Notes: generated from the sequence alone by a model not told the origin. DNA of 64,000 nucleotides from Macrostomum hystrix (GCA_950097015.1 CATNEN010000038.1:8680001-8744000); one strand, 5' to 3'. Numbered from the stretch's first letter, positions 11,301 to 24,384 are shown. A program made the numbers and translations.

Positions 11301-13421
11301 TAATGACCCTGGTCTTAATGACCCTGGTCTTAATGACCCTGGTCTTAATGACCCTGGTCTTAATGATCCTGGTCTTAATGACCCTGGTCTTAATGACCCT
11401 GGTCTTAATGACCCTGGTCTTAATGACCCCGGTCTTAACTTCGAGTAACAGATAAACTAGCTGTGTGTCAAAGTGACAAAAAGAGAGTCAGACGCTACAG
11501 AGTACTGATAGAAGTGTTGGAATATTTTCGTAAAACCTGCAAGCTCGCTATCTGTCAGAGCACTCACTGCAAGCTACAAATTCGCTAGGCTAAAAAACAA
11601 TTACCTTTCTTGCCCAGCTTATCAGGCTTACTCACCTGAGCATAGTACCACGGTCGACTGCCAATGTTCCGAGACGAGCCAAAGTAGACCCGGCCTTGGT
11701 CCTGCAGCACGTACTCCTGGCGCTCGTCCTCATTGGCCATGTAGACGAGGTCGTCTGAAAGGGTTCGAGTGGCTAGACGCTTGACTTTAACAGTGGAAAG
11801 AGCACGCGACGGTTTTTCAAATACCAGAACACGATCTGAAGTTTTTCGCTCTATCCGCTGAAAAGACTTCCAGAATCACAAAACATCGGCATCGTCGAGA
11901 TATTCAACGATTCGCTTCTGGGTGTCTGGTGGCGAAAACCGCCCATAATTTTTCCGCTCACCTAGTTTGACAATGTAACCATGACGGCTATTATTGCTGT
12001 ATATTTTGTATTCATAGTATTATTAATTATTATATAATTGAACTAATATGGAGCAATCGTTCGAGCAATCGTATCGTCCTTATCGCTTTAGGGTCTTCGA
12101 CATCTCGAAATTCCAATATCTCGACGATGCTGACGTCGGACGGCTTCGAAAGATAGCTCATCGTAAAGGACTGCAAATTTTGATCCGCATGGCGGACTTT
12201 CCCGGAAATCGGTCATTCGGTTTGGGGTCTATCGTGAAGTAGGCTGTAGGTATTTAAATACCACCGTGACCTTTCTATAGGGGGAAATGGCGTGGTCTTT
12301 CTACTGTGAAAGGTTTTAAAGATTACCAACTATTGTTTGATAAAGGTGAGTGGTACCTTAGGCAAGTGAGGCGCATGATGAATATTGCCTTTTTAGCAAT
12401 TTCTCTTAAAAATCCAAGAACTCGTATCTCACCCTCATGAAACGGGTTGAACACCAGGTAGATCGGGAAGTTGATCTCAGTGGAGAAGTACTCATTGCGG
12501 CTGCGCCAGACGCTCACGCCGGTGATGTTGTACTTGGAGACCACGGCGGTGACCCGGCTAAAGAAGATCACAGTCACCGTGCGCTTGTCGGCCTTTTGAA
12601 TTACCTGTTTCGATTCGGGATTTAGTCGAACTATATGGGAATTCAGCACAGTTTTGCTGCAAGGACTTAGTGGTATTATTTTCTGCAATTAACTAGACAA
12701 AAACAGCACACTTTAAGCCGGTAAGCTCACGCGGAAGATTTGAATCGGAGCCGAACCCGAGTCGTCTAGCAGGAACTTGCGGGGGCTCTGCAAACGAAAA
12801 GAATGAATGCTTTGATGAGAGAGAATTTATGCCTTATTATCTTCGAGTTATTTATACGAAGTGTGAGTCGTCGTACTGATTAAGAATGTCCCATCTCAAA
12901 CAACGTAGAAAATTGTCTGTCTCAAAGTTGCACGAATAAAGTGCATCACAATGCACTGACTAGCTAAAAATTAATATGTGATTACTGCCTCACCTCCTTG
13001 ACCTTCCACTGGAACTTCAGGTGATCAGCCCCGTAATCCTCGGCAGCCAGGTGAACAGTCAGCAGGTCATAGTCGTCAATGTCGTTGTCGAAGCGAAAGT
13101 CCAACCTGAAAGGGGCGCCACGGCGGACCACAAGACCGCTGTGCTCCGTGTTGATGTCGTACTGCTCGGTGTAGTGGTGGAAGCCGTTATGCCGAAAGTG
13201 AGGGTTCACGCCCAGTAGCTTGATGGGCTTGTCGGCTGGATAAATTTGCGGTTTAAGAATGTGTCTGTTTGAGAACTGATTTGTGAAAACCATGGCACAG
13301 GTCAACAGGACATCAAAAAATGGCTAGTGTTAAAGTCCAATTTTAAACCCTTGTCTTGGTTCCAATTGCATTACTTACCAATTAGGGGATCAACCTGGGG
13401 AGCCCTGCAGCTGAGTATCAT
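8359..13421 (-). CDS. Protein-glutamine gamma-glutamyltransferase (transglutaminase), 11 exons, ~728 aa
   Basis: Exons 13421-13379, 13235-12994, 12787-12731, 12604-12433, 11754-11636, 11155-10873, 10794-10656, 10557-9914, 9809-9649, 8993-8854, 8545-8359; all phases compatible. N-domain LVVRRGAPF, catalytic GQCWVF, NFHVWND and GWQAIDATPQE (Cys-His-Asp triad intact), C-terminal Ig-like barrels. Confidence 0.95.
9032..9366 (-). mobile_element. tRNA-derived SINE with CORE-like central domain and (ATT)n tail (family 2)
   Basis: Head with A-box (tggtctagtagt) and B-box (ggttcgaccc), then tgtgtcctttagcaatatccttaactctgcattgcatcagttcacccagctgttaaatcgg (CORE-like), ending in attattatt. A second, partial copy lies at 44695-44840. 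Confidence 0.7.
11238..11438. repeat. 15-bp minisatellite (cttaatgaccctggt), ~13 copies, in a transglutaminase intron
   Basis: Direct reading of tandem units. Confidence 0.95.
11791..12306. mobile_element. ~515-bp non-autonomous DNA transposon (MITE family A), TTAA-type target
   Basis: TIRs cagtggaaagagcacgc / gcgtggtctttctactg, flanked by TTAA and TGAA. Internal gtcgagatattcaacg and cggtcattcggtttggg blocks are shared with the other copies. Confidence 0.75.
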
Positions 13422-13611
13422 TGTCAAGACTGTTCGATTCTTTTAATTTCAGTAGCTTTAGGCACAAAAATTGAGCAGACGAACAATGACTCGAAAGTGT
13501 GAGAAATTTAAGAGAGGGGGGAATATGGCTGGCTAAAAGTCAACCAATATTTATGGTTTTGGTAATAGCGACTCCTTTTTATTATAGTAGTTGTTGTTGG
13601 TGACGGTAAAG

Positions 13612-14263
13612 ATGTGGTTTCTGCGGCGCTTGGTCAGGCTGTATGCGGCTCGGCTTCGGATCGTCATGCGGCAGTCTTTGTTCGGAAAAAGGATCAACGA
13701 GAAGCTGGGCAAGGAGCTGTCAAAGCTGCCACTAAACTGGGCTGGTGCAGGGAACGCTTCTGTACTGAGCGGAGGACCAAAGTACTCGGCCTTGTTTCCA
13801 ACCAGTGAATGGCTTGGACCGTCACTAAAACTGAAATTTCGCTTAGCGGTGAGACGTTGAGACGCGGCTGGCTTTTATCCTCAATAAATGAGTCGGCGGT
13901 AGCTCACGTGACACAATCAGAAGAATAATATTTACTCTATAATCGCTTAAGATAGGAGTTCTCTTTCACGAAGTTAATTTTGCTTTATCAGTTTTTTTTG
14001 GAGGGTGACTTGCTTTAAGGAGCCAGATTGACTTCTTATCAGAGGGCCCGAAACTGCCATATAAATATTTTTTGCGCCTACAGGCCACAAGAAAGGAAGT
14101 GGCTATCGCACATGCTAGCAGTGGTTTAGGCACCTATGAAAACCTGTTCCGAACCAGAACTCGTAGGTCTGAACCAGAGCTGGGCACGTGTTTGCGATAC
14201 AATTGTGATAACAAAACTCACGGCACCTGCAACTGCGGCAATGGAATGCACCCATTGCACTGA
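13612..14263 (+). CDS. Putative two-exon orphan protein (~138 aa), head-to-head with the transglutaminase
   Basis: Exon 13612-13848 (ATG to GCG|gtgaga) and exon 14084-14263 (ttttgcgcctacag|GCC) join in phase 0. Exon 1 has coding-like codon use and an Arg/Leu-rich N-terminus. No recognisable domain. Confidence 0.4.
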
Positions 14264-15769
14264 GCCAAGTGCGAATCTCGCAAATCACATGACACTGCCA
14301 CTAGTGATTTACTCGCTTAGATTAGGATTCCACCTGACTTTCAATTAAAGCACTTGCGTGAATGACAACCACACATTCCAACAGCTTAATGATGTACTTG
14401 GATTCTTTATCAACTGAATCCAAATGCAGATGCAGAAACCTGTCAGTCTGGACAATGTCACTCACCTGCTGGCATCTTGTTTTATCAATTATTTACCGTC
14501 AAGTAAATCGAGAAATTTATTTAAAAAGCTGAATTGTCCTTTACAATCGACTGTCAGATTTCCCTGGGCGTCAGTGCCTTCTCAAACCCTGCCTGGCAGC
14601 CTATGATATAGGTGAGCACCTGGCGATGCAGACTAGAGGCAGCTGGGACTGCCCATTGTTGTGAGACTGTGCAAAAAGGCAGTCGAGTGGGTTGACCACT
14701 GCACTGCTGCGTGTCTACTGCATGACATGCTTGGCTGCTTTCGGTAAATGAAATCATCCTATAGACAGACAAAGAGAGAATGCGATCGCCAGGTGTAGGA
14801 CTTGAAAGAAGCTCAACTTAGACTCTCTCCCTGCTCTTCTCTCTCTTCGTTATTGTTTCTGTTCAACCGCTCAACATTTTGTAAGCGACTATAGGAGACT
14901 TTAGCACAGACAGCTTCGGCACTGGACCCTCTCCCGGCAGTCTACAGTCACCATTTTTTGTTAATATTTTTTCTATTCGCCTCTGCGACTGTACTCTCGC
15001 GTGGCGCACAATACGCAGCACAAGGGGCCGAACTGCGATTCACAATGCCGCACGTGTCACCGACCTAGGGCGAAATTTTCAGAGCCGAGACAGGCTGGAA
15101 AACAAAGCTAATTTGCAGACCCAGTTAACTTGTAAAGTAACCAGCGAGGTAGATAAGAATAAATTCCATAGTCTGAAAATCTCATTGCGCAGGTGTAGCA
15201 ATGTATAGTATTAACCCGATTATAAAAACTATTTTAAATACCTTTGCCACTATTTAAAGTCAGTAGTCTAGTAAGCACACCTTTAAAAGCGTACATTCTA
15301 ACTTAAAAGAGTGAGTAAGTCTGAAACACATTTATGGATGAAAGATACGTATGACTGCACTGGTGTTATGTGTATTTCGATACTTTTAACAATCAACGAT
15401 AGATAGTGTAGCGAGCAGTGCAGGTTATCTACTATAATAGTGCATTTAACATCAGACTAAGAAGTGTTCGAAAAGATCAAATTCTTCCGTCGCGCCACTG
15501 AGGAGTGCAGAAAACTTCCAAAGAGGTTTGGAAAGAAAAATAACTACAGGGCAGACGAGATGTGCAGTCGGCGGTGCGGCTGTGACGGGTTGCGAAAATG
15601 GCTGCAGTGATCCAAGTAATCATTAACTATAGGATTAAATAAGAAACGTTTGCTGATTTCACAACAACTACGAGGAGGGTGTTACTTTTACTTGTTGAAT
15701 TCGTCTAGTGGCTCGCATTGACATAAATTTAGTGTCGTTTAACAAAAGAAAGATCACGGGGGTGTTTCA

Positions 15770-15990
15770 GATACTCATCATCTGGGTCTTCGACGAGAGT
15801 CGCTGAATATCTCGCCGATGTTGACTTTGTACGGCTTTGAAAACTAACTCATCGTAAAGGGCGAAAAGTTTGATTCATATGGCGGACTTTCACGAAAATC
15901 GGTCATTCGGTTTGGGAGCCATCATGAAGTAAGGCAGTGGGTATTTGAAATACCTCAGGGAAAAATAGCGTGGTCCTCTTCTTTAACTGA
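15770..15990. mobile_element. Partial MITE family A copy
   Basis: Shares ggcggactttc..gaaaatcggtcattcggtttggg..atc.tgaagta and gcgtggtc with 12180-12306. Confidence 0.65.
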
Positions 15991-16689
15991 TTTAAACCGT
16001 ACATATCTCAATTATCCAGACAGGTAAACGTCTAGCTGCGACAGGTAAAAATAACGTTACTTTCCGGACACCTCTCGTACTCGTAGTAGTAAGCGCAGTA
16101 AATATTGACACCGAAAAGGAAGCTTGGCATGCGAGGACACTAAACACTTTAAAATGAGTTTGATAATTAAAGTTCTAGAAAAAATGATTTTTTACTAGTA
16201 ACAACTTTTTGAAGGGTTAGTGAAATAACTAAAAAACGTTTTTTGCCTCTCTTTTTAACATAAATGAGTGACAGATGACGCGAAATGATAAAGAGCAAAA
16301 AAACGAATTTTTCTTTCCCGTTCTCGATGTGATTATTTAAACAAAAACTCGACTTGACAGCCATCAAAAACACTCCTCGGGGTGTAGCTTAGAGAGAACT
16401 GTGGAGAATTTCAAAGAGAAGCTGAAAATTGAAACAGGAATCATCGAAATCAGTGCGCTCCAATTGTTTCAGACTCGTTGCTCCGATGAAGTGAGCACAC
16501 GCACGGACAACAATTTAGTGCACAGCGAAATTGCAAAATTTGCAGGTAAGGAGAATTAAAAATAATGCACTACATTTAGACAAATCCTAGCCAAGTCCTG
16601 CTAAATATTCCGTTTGTTAGGAAAATTGTTTGTGTTTTCACCCAGAGTGAGGTCTTAAGAGTGTTAATTTCTCTCCGCGACTACCACCT

Positions 16690-16780
16690 AAATGAATGCG
16701 GCCTCACCGTGGAATCGAGCTCAGGGACCTTGGTCCGAGAGGCAAGCACATTGGACAGCTCTATCACTCACAACCCCCGA
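16690..16780 (-). mobile_element. SINE family 1 head fragment
   Basis: gcggcctcaccgtggaatcgagctcagggaccttggtccgagaggcaa matches the head of the copy at 47315-47650. Confidence 0.6.
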
Positions 16781-17042
16781 GTCGCGTTACTACTGGTTTG
16801 ACAGTCGCACAATGATGCGCCTGTGCCTACGAGCCGCTGAGAGTAGTTAAATAATAATTATTCCCTGACAAGGTATCACCAAACCGAGGCACATTGCGTC
16901 GGTCAGAAAATCCGCTAAACAGGTGTGAAAAAATGTCTTGTTTAATAGTTACTAAGGTTCATCAAACTGATTTGCCCAGCTAAATGTATTTTTTCACAGG
17001 AAACATACGTTGTTTAAATAAGCCGGAAAGCACTTTTAACAG

Positions 17043-18911
17043 TCACCGCCGCCGAAGCTGCTGGGATTGGCTCCCATGCCTGGCCAGCAGAGCAGCTCCG
17101 GCAGCCGCCATCGAAACCAGCCGTCCAATCACGCGACTCAGGGGCTCTACTCGTTTCAGGCACCGACGCCACTCCAGTTGGCCCTGCCGCACGCACCTGT
17201 CCAGGTTGGACTCCACGCAGCTGAACGCGGACGTCAAGGCCAGGTGGAGCAGGTACACGGCCGCCAGAAGGCACCCGATACCAACTGAGCAGACCGTTGT
17301 TCTTAAAAGCGTCATCAAGCACAGCGGCCGTGTGAACAGTTGAGCTGACAAAGTGAGCAGCACGACTGACGCCATCAGAACCGTCAACTTCTCGCGCGGA
17401 GAGGCCTGCTCACGCGACATGGAATCAGTTTTCAATTGCAGACGCTTTTGTTGAACAAACCGCCACGACTGCAAGCCGCAGCCTCCGGATCGCTCGGTGA
17501 AGCCGCATCGATGCAGACTCTGTCCGAGCAGCGCGCTTGGCGGCGCTCCTGCTGTGACCACGTAAAGTCGGCGATGCAGGCGCTGCAGCTCGATCCAGAC
17601 TGTGCGCGGCGCCTGCAGGGCGCTTCGCTGGCTGAGAAATCCGGCAAGAGCTGGCGGCCGCTGTCCGAGTTCGCGACCCTGAAATATCGCCGCTAGTCGA
17701 AGATCCTCGGCGGTGACAAGGCGCGGCGAGAGACGCATGGTTTCAACGCGGCAGCCTCTGGTGATACCCGTGGTGAGAAGGGCCTCTCGGAGGAATTCCA
17801 GGTGAGGCAGCAGTGCCGCCTCTTCGCAGAAGCACACGATCGCCAAGCGCAGTGGACGCTCAGATTCGGACAGAGCGGCGACAACAGCCACTAAATCGCG
17901 CCAGCTGTCAGCACCGTGAAAGTGGAGAGTCCAGGCCTTCGAAAAGGTTTACATCAGTTTGTAGAATGATTTTCTCGGCAGAGTGAATGTCTTGCAAAAT
18001 TAATTTTTTTGGCCTTTTAGAGGCTTATAAGCCTTATAGGCTACAACTAAGCTCATACAGAGAAAAGTTAGTGGTCCTTGTCACCAGGGTTTTCGACAGG
18101 AATCGCTAAATATCTCAACGATGCTGTCATCGGACGGCTTTGAAAGTTTGTTCATCCACGAAATGACTTTCAGGAGGTTTTCACGACTTTCTCGAAAATC
18201 GGTCATTCGGTTTGGGGCTATCGTGAAGTAGGCCGTTGGTATTCGAAATGCTCCGGTGGTCTCTAGCGTGGTCTTTCTACTGTTAAAGCTGCAGAGTCGC
18301 CCTCACATTATCGCCCTATAATGTCCTTTTATAAAAATAAATATGGAGATTCAGTTCCTCACCATTTCTTTGGTGCCGGTGTCCCGTCTGCTTTCATTTT
18401 CGAATTCAGGTTCACAGAAGTCACCAGCAAGATCCGCTGCCTTCAGAGCCAGGTAGGCGCGTGTAACGTCTGGACGGAAATGCTGTCTCAGGTGCCGAAG
18501 AGTCAGCTCGTTGCAGCACCCATTGCTACCGTTTCCATTCCTGTTGTTTTTTCCTTTGCCGTTACTTCCGTGGCCTCCAGTGGGACACCAGCGCAGAGAG
18601 TTGACGTATCGGCGAAGGGTTTCAGCGTCCGGAGCTGTGCAGCTGCCAGGCTTCCATGCGGCCAGTTCGTCGTCATCCGTTTCTTCCTCGGAGCTGCGGT
18701 AGTCGCGATGACGCTTTCCTTTCAACCCGGCGGAGCCATTGTTGTTCAACATCAGCAAGAGCTGATCAAGACGCGCCTCGATGCTGGTGGCCAGGCTATC
18801 GATCAGGTCCAGCCCACAGCCGGAGTTCGGGTTGGCAGACGATCGAGCCAGCCGGGACAATGGCGGTGACGGGGTTGCTGACCAGTTGCGAGTCAGGTTC
18901 AACTGCAGCAT
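17043..18911 (-). CDS. Two-exon orphan protein (~480 aa) with C-terminal hydrophobic (likely TM) segments
   Basis: Exon 18911-18363 (...GTKEM|gtgagg) splices in phase 0 to 17936-17043 (cgaag|AWTLHF...). Both exons are long, GC-rich and stop-free. Hydrophobic stretches LTVLMASVVLLTLSAQLF and VCSVGIGCLLAAVYLLHLAL. No recognised family. Confidence 0.7.
18070..18282. mobile_element. Partial MITE family A copy in an intron
   Basis: Ends gcgtggtctttctactg|TTAA and shares the internal blocks. Confidence 0.7.
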
Positions 18912-19554
18912 GATGCTGGTTGGTTGGTGCAGCGCTGGTGACGGGTATAAAGAGTCGTTTGTTTTCAACTGTATCTAAACTGTTATTCGCAAAATAAAAA
19001 TAAAACGACACCCGATTTCACATAGTTTACTCACATTAGAGGTATTGATAAAAAGTTAATAATTCTTTGCGAAAATCGAGCTAGTTATAAGAACCTGACA
19101 AAATTTCCAGAAATCAGTGAATAGAAAGACATGAACACTTTGCAATGGCTTACCCTTACACTTTGCGTTTGGCGTTTTTGGGTTGAGTTAGTAGTAAGAC
19201 GTAGCTTATGAGAGCTTGCCCGACAATGCCCCCAGTCTTTACTTTTGCTGGGGTCTGTCCAGACCAAGACAGTATTTCGCTGTCTGGTCCCAGCTACCCC
19301 AGCCGATCAAAGCCAGAAGAATTGAATTGTGCTGCAGATATCTTGCGGACTGTAGACCAATGCAAAATTGTAAAAAAAACTTGTCTGTAGCTAGAACTGC
19401 GGTCTCTGTCCACTTTCTCTGCCAACAGCGCGGGCTGGCCTCTCGCTTTTTACAACTGCAAACGGCAGCACTGCAAAAATCGATTTTTTTCGGGAAACAC
19501 ACAATCAGGGGAAGAGCGTGAGAAGGTGCGCTCAAAATATTTTTGTGCTACTGT

Positions 19555-19578
19555 ACTCTCTCTCTCTCTCTCTCTCTC
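19555..19578. repeat. (TC)n microsatellite
   Basis: Direct reading. Confidence 0.9.
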
Positions 19579-22360
19579 GCGTGAGTGTGAGAGGTTGGCG
19601 GCGATTAAAATCGATAATTGGAAAGACAAACTTACCGATTCCATTATGGGATCGAAATCTTACTGTACTGCGCGAGTTATAAACTAGCTCTACGACGTTG
19701 CCATCGCATATACAAAGGGTGCCTGAAGTAGCCTAATAGTACGGCTGGTTGAATGCTAGAGATATTCTCGTACATGTAAGAATTGTAACTTTTCCAAAGT
19801 TATTCATCCAAGATAATGAGCAATTCATGTGTTTGGCTTCAAAAATGCAAGTGCACAGCAATTAAGTAGATTATATTGAAAAAAAAATATGCTTTATAAA
19901 AAGGCTTCATTGCGCGCTTCAATGAGTATTTCCATTTTTAGAATTCCATCGTGCATAAGTTTTTTTTTATTTAATACGATCATGAGTCATATCTCATATG
20001 TAGTCGAGAAATGTAGTCGATGTGTCCAAACTCGATCCCAAGCCCTTGCGGTATAATTTTACTATTCTTATCCCCATTACCTGCCAGTTTCCCCTATAGT
20101 ATTGGGGAAATCCCCATCCCCATTGTAAGGGAGCCTTGAGGCCAGCCTGGTTGGTCGAAGCACGTGACTGCACGGATGAGTCATCACCTTGATCCCTTAG
20201 ACCCTTAAAACGCCCACCCAACCTCTGCTTCACATGTTCAGGCTCACTCAAACGTGACGAGAACTTAACCTTAAAATGTGCTCTTAATTTACGCGAATCC
20301 CCTAGTAATTTTTCCGAATGTAATGTGAATTTATCAATCTCCCTAATGTAAGCTTTAAGACAAGTATTTTCATTAGTAATTTAGATTATTAATAATTAGT
20401 AAATATATAGTTATAATTAATTAGCTGTTGCGCAACTGTTTCATAATATCACCCGCCCCACCCTCTCCCCAAGCATAATGTACAACGTCGGGCTAATCAG
20501 AGCGCGGCAGGGCTCGGTTGTACACTGCGCAGGGTCAAGGCTGGGTCAATAGAGACTTCCGTCCCGATTCATGCGCGTGATATGTGAAATAATTACCAGT
20601 GTGGAGCCATTGCTCGTGGGTGTTAGAATTGTTAAATCGAATACTTATCTTTGTTTTCCCTGCTCATTTAAGCATGTAGGCTTGTGAGTAGAATGTAGTT
20701 ATGGAGTCTAGAACAGCAAGGTGTGGGACCTTGGCCGTAATCGGACCACAAAAACAGCTACCATGCAATCATCACTATAGTAGTAGGGCGCGGGTGCCAC
20801 TGGGGAAGTAAGGCCTGATCCCCTTCCACCTAATTGGGATCAGCACCGTGGGATTTTCAGCGCTCGCATCGAGCCATCCTCAGATACACGCATATCTGAA
20901 AGGAAGAAAATGGCCAGAATTTTTTGTTACATTTAGTTCATTAGTAGGTATGCTCGCACTATGTATTTTTTATTTCAGATTTATTGGTAAACTTAAGTTT
21001 TATTATGTCAAAGGTCTATGCAATTGAAGTATTATAAATCAATGCTTTTCGTGTTGATTGTTGATCGTTTCGTAAATCACTTGTTTTACCCCCACTAACA
21101 GCACAAAACAAGATCATATTTATAAAAAGATATCGGCATAAAACTGCGAAAAAAATACGATATATTATCTATAATGATGTTCAAGTGCAGAACAGAAGTA
21201 TAATCGGTTTTGTGCAATGTTCAATGACAAAAATACATACAGAGAATTATTACTTTATACTTCTTACAGAAAACTTTATAACTTCTTAACGACCCGAGCT
21301 GACATTACATTTCCAAGAAATATGCAGGGTTTAAACAGCAATTTTGTAATGAAATTATTGGTCGGTGGTCGCCATTTAAAATAAATTGTAAATCGTTTTG
21401 AAGGGCTGCAGCTTAATGTAATATAATTAGTAATATAATTAGTGATAGGGCCTACTTCTGTTATATAAATTACGCCGCTTTGCTGACGCACGCGCTTACA
21501 ATATAGAGCAAGATTAGTTAAAGGTGGTTATATTAATTACAATCTAATGTTCGAATATTCTACTTATCTAAACTTAGTGGCTAATCCCGATGCGCGCGCG
21601 CGGGTCAGAAAACCGGTTGCAACTGGTGTCACTTTATATTTAACTTGTCAAGCGTAGTTTAAACAAATACTGAATACATAATTAATACAAACATCCGTAC
21701 GAAAATACCGGTTATATGAGAAGATGATTAGCATAAATTTAGTTGTAATAACAGTACACAAGAAATATTTTGATTTTACTAACAATTTAAAATGGACGAA
21801 TTATTTCATTACAATTTCTTCGGAATTTACTAATACCGCGCTTGATAGCGAAAACCGTCAACTCCGAGGTTAACTTCACCCGCCATCACCATTTTCATCA
21901 TATAAAAGTATATTTACTGTATTACTTTACTCTTTTGTTTCTGCGACGTCACACTTTTTTGTGGCCTATGTCTTTGATTGTTTAAGCAAAGCGAATATTG
22001 AATAGCCCTACTAGATTTGCATGAAGCTAATGATGGATTCATGTGATCATAATTAATTTAACAAAGTGCATATGGCTATATGTATTACAGAGGCCATTAT
22101 TTACTAATGTTGGCTCATGTTACTCATTATTGTTACATTCAGTCTACATTTAGTGTAGATATATAAAATCATTCATTATGCTATAAGCTATTACATTTAG
22201 ATTTTTTAGTTATCACAACTTTTTAAAGTGTCTTCTTTTAAAAACTTAGTTTTGTATTAGTGGCCTCAATTCTTATTGTACAAATATTTTTGTTAGGGCC
22301 TAATTAATACAAAAAACTTTGGTTAATTTAAATATTGGCATTTAAATATTGGTAATTTAA

Positions 22361-23067
22361 ATAGCCATTTGATTATTTGTCCGGTTAACCGAGTTATAAT
22401 TTATAACTAAGTTGTAAGGGGTTGTAGTGCTACCACGAGAACCTCTATCATTTGTAAGATAAAATAATTAGCAAGCTGCAAAAGGACAGTCATTCAGATT
22501 TGAAGTTTGTATCTCAAATTATTTTCGCTTATCAGCTAATTAAAAAAATTATAACCTTTTCCAGAAATTTGGTTGTTTCAGGGACTAACTTAGTTCCTAG
22601 GTATAGTTTAGTCTTTGTGAGGTCAAGACTCAAGATGGCTCTCAGCAAGGCAGGAGTGGTCTTTAGGAGGATCGTTGCTCCTGCTTGTTGAAAGGGGAGA
22701 AATTAAGTCCTTGGGTGGTCATACATGCGCAACACTTGGCCGAACCGGCCGGGTGAAACGAGGGCCAAGCAAGGTAAGTCGCAAAAACCAATCGACCAAG
22801 CGCAAAAAAATCAAAGGGGGGACCAAGGGACAAAAAAGGAAGGCGTGAAGAAAAGGAAAAAGGGGAGAGAAAAAGAGAGCAAATGAGAGCAAACAAAGTC
22901 GTAAATAGAGCAATGAAACGAACTAAGTCGCAAATGAGAGCAAAACTAAGTCGCACGGCCGGCTAAGATTTGGGAGGTTGTGCATGTATGTGGGTGGTTA
23001 ACTGGTTAACCAGACAAATAATCAAAAGGCTATTTGTCTGGTTAACTGGACAAATAACGACTACCTT
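22361..23067. mobile_element. TIR element hosting a nested MITE
   Basis: aatagccatttgattatttgtccggttaacc (22361-22390) is inverted relative to ggttaaccagacaaataatcaaaaggctatt (23004-23034). A second copy of the motif ends in gactacc-ttaa. Confidence 0.55.
22720..22990. mobile_element. MITE family B copy 1 (hAT/P-type, 8-bp TSD)
   Basis: TIR catacatgcgcaac ... gttgtgcatgtatg; perfect TSD tgggtggt at 22712-22719 and 22991-22998. Confidence 0.9.
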
Positions 23068-23510
23068 AAATATTAGCTACTTTACTAAACTCTAAAGCCA
23101 GGTATATTGCCTCTTATTAACTCCCACAATAATGGTCTCTTTCCAAATCAACTGATCACCAAAATGACTGGCTTTATAGTCTGGAAATAGTAGCAAGTAA
23201 CATTGGAGTAGGCCTATAGTTTTACAAGTTGAAAATAAATAAAACTATATTTAAAAAAACTAAAATTGACAATGGGGCTGTCTCCCTTTAAATTTGCTAA
23301 ATATAATTTAACAAAAGTGAAGCATGTTACTGATGTATAACTAATAGCTAGCTATATAAATATTGCATATTCCAACTTACTGACTTGGCACTGCTTGTAG
23401 CAAATAAAATATTTTAATTTGCCTTTTTTAATTAGCTATAGCTGTTATGCTATATTATATATTTTATTAACTTTGGACTAGATGAAGGGGTTTTGGAAAT
23501 TACTTTTTAT

Positions 23511-23762
23511 CATACATGCGCAACACCCGGCCGACCCGGCTGAACTGGCCAGGTGAAACGAGGGCCAAGCAAGGTAAGTCGCAAAAACCAATTGACCAAG
23601 TGCAAAAAAATCAAAGGGGGGACTAAGGGACAAAAAAGGAAGGCGTGAAGAAATAGAAAAAGGGGAGAGAAAAAGAGAGCAAATGAGAGCAAACTAAGTC
23701 GTAAATGAGAGCAAAAACTAAGTTGCACGGCCAGCTAAGATTTGGGAGGTTGCGCATGTATG
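23511..23762. mobile_element. MITE family B copy 2 (hAT/P-type, 8-bp TSD)
   Basis: TIR catacatgcgcaac ... gttgcgcatgtatg; perfect TSD ctttttat at 23503-23510 and 23763-23770. Confidence 0.9.
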
Positions 23763-24384
23763 CTTTTTATCATGTCCCATATATCCCAATATATATTTAT
23801 TGGGGATATTTCCATCCAAATTTTATATTTGTGATATAAATATGCTCATATATATTTTTATATGCCTTACACTATGTATATGGCTAATTGTTAAGAAATA
23901 TGTGCTTCGTTTCTAACTTCAATTCAAAGTAAATTTAGGAGTAAAATCAGTACATTCACTTTTGCACATAACCTGTGCTAATATCTTTTCACTTTTTTAG
24001 CATAGTAAGCACTAACAATATGCTTCATTTTGTATGACTGAACTTAAACCTAATTAAGATAATATGGCAATATGTAGGATAGGCCAGGCTAGTTAATTTC
24101 ATTTGACCTTTTTCTGTAGCTATTCTTTAAGAAAACGTTAAGACTTTCTTGTCTTAATAAATTCCATGAGACAAAAACGTTTTAGTTATATTGCCAAGTC
24201 AGTGTATTTTGGTTTTCCCACCACACACTGTTTTAGAGTTTTCCACTTTATGTATTTAAGCCCCAAGTCTTTTACATTCTTCAAACTCCATGATCAGATA
24301 GAGCTGTGCAGAAAAAATAGTTTTTTAATTTAAAAAATCTCAATTTTTTCTTTAGCATTGCCCTAGGAACTAATTTTCATCAAG

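Noticed and set aside
21570-21610. Helitron 3' end (GC hairpin followed by CTAA on the minus strand)
   Set aside because: No matching 5' TC end or AT target could be established; single occurrence.
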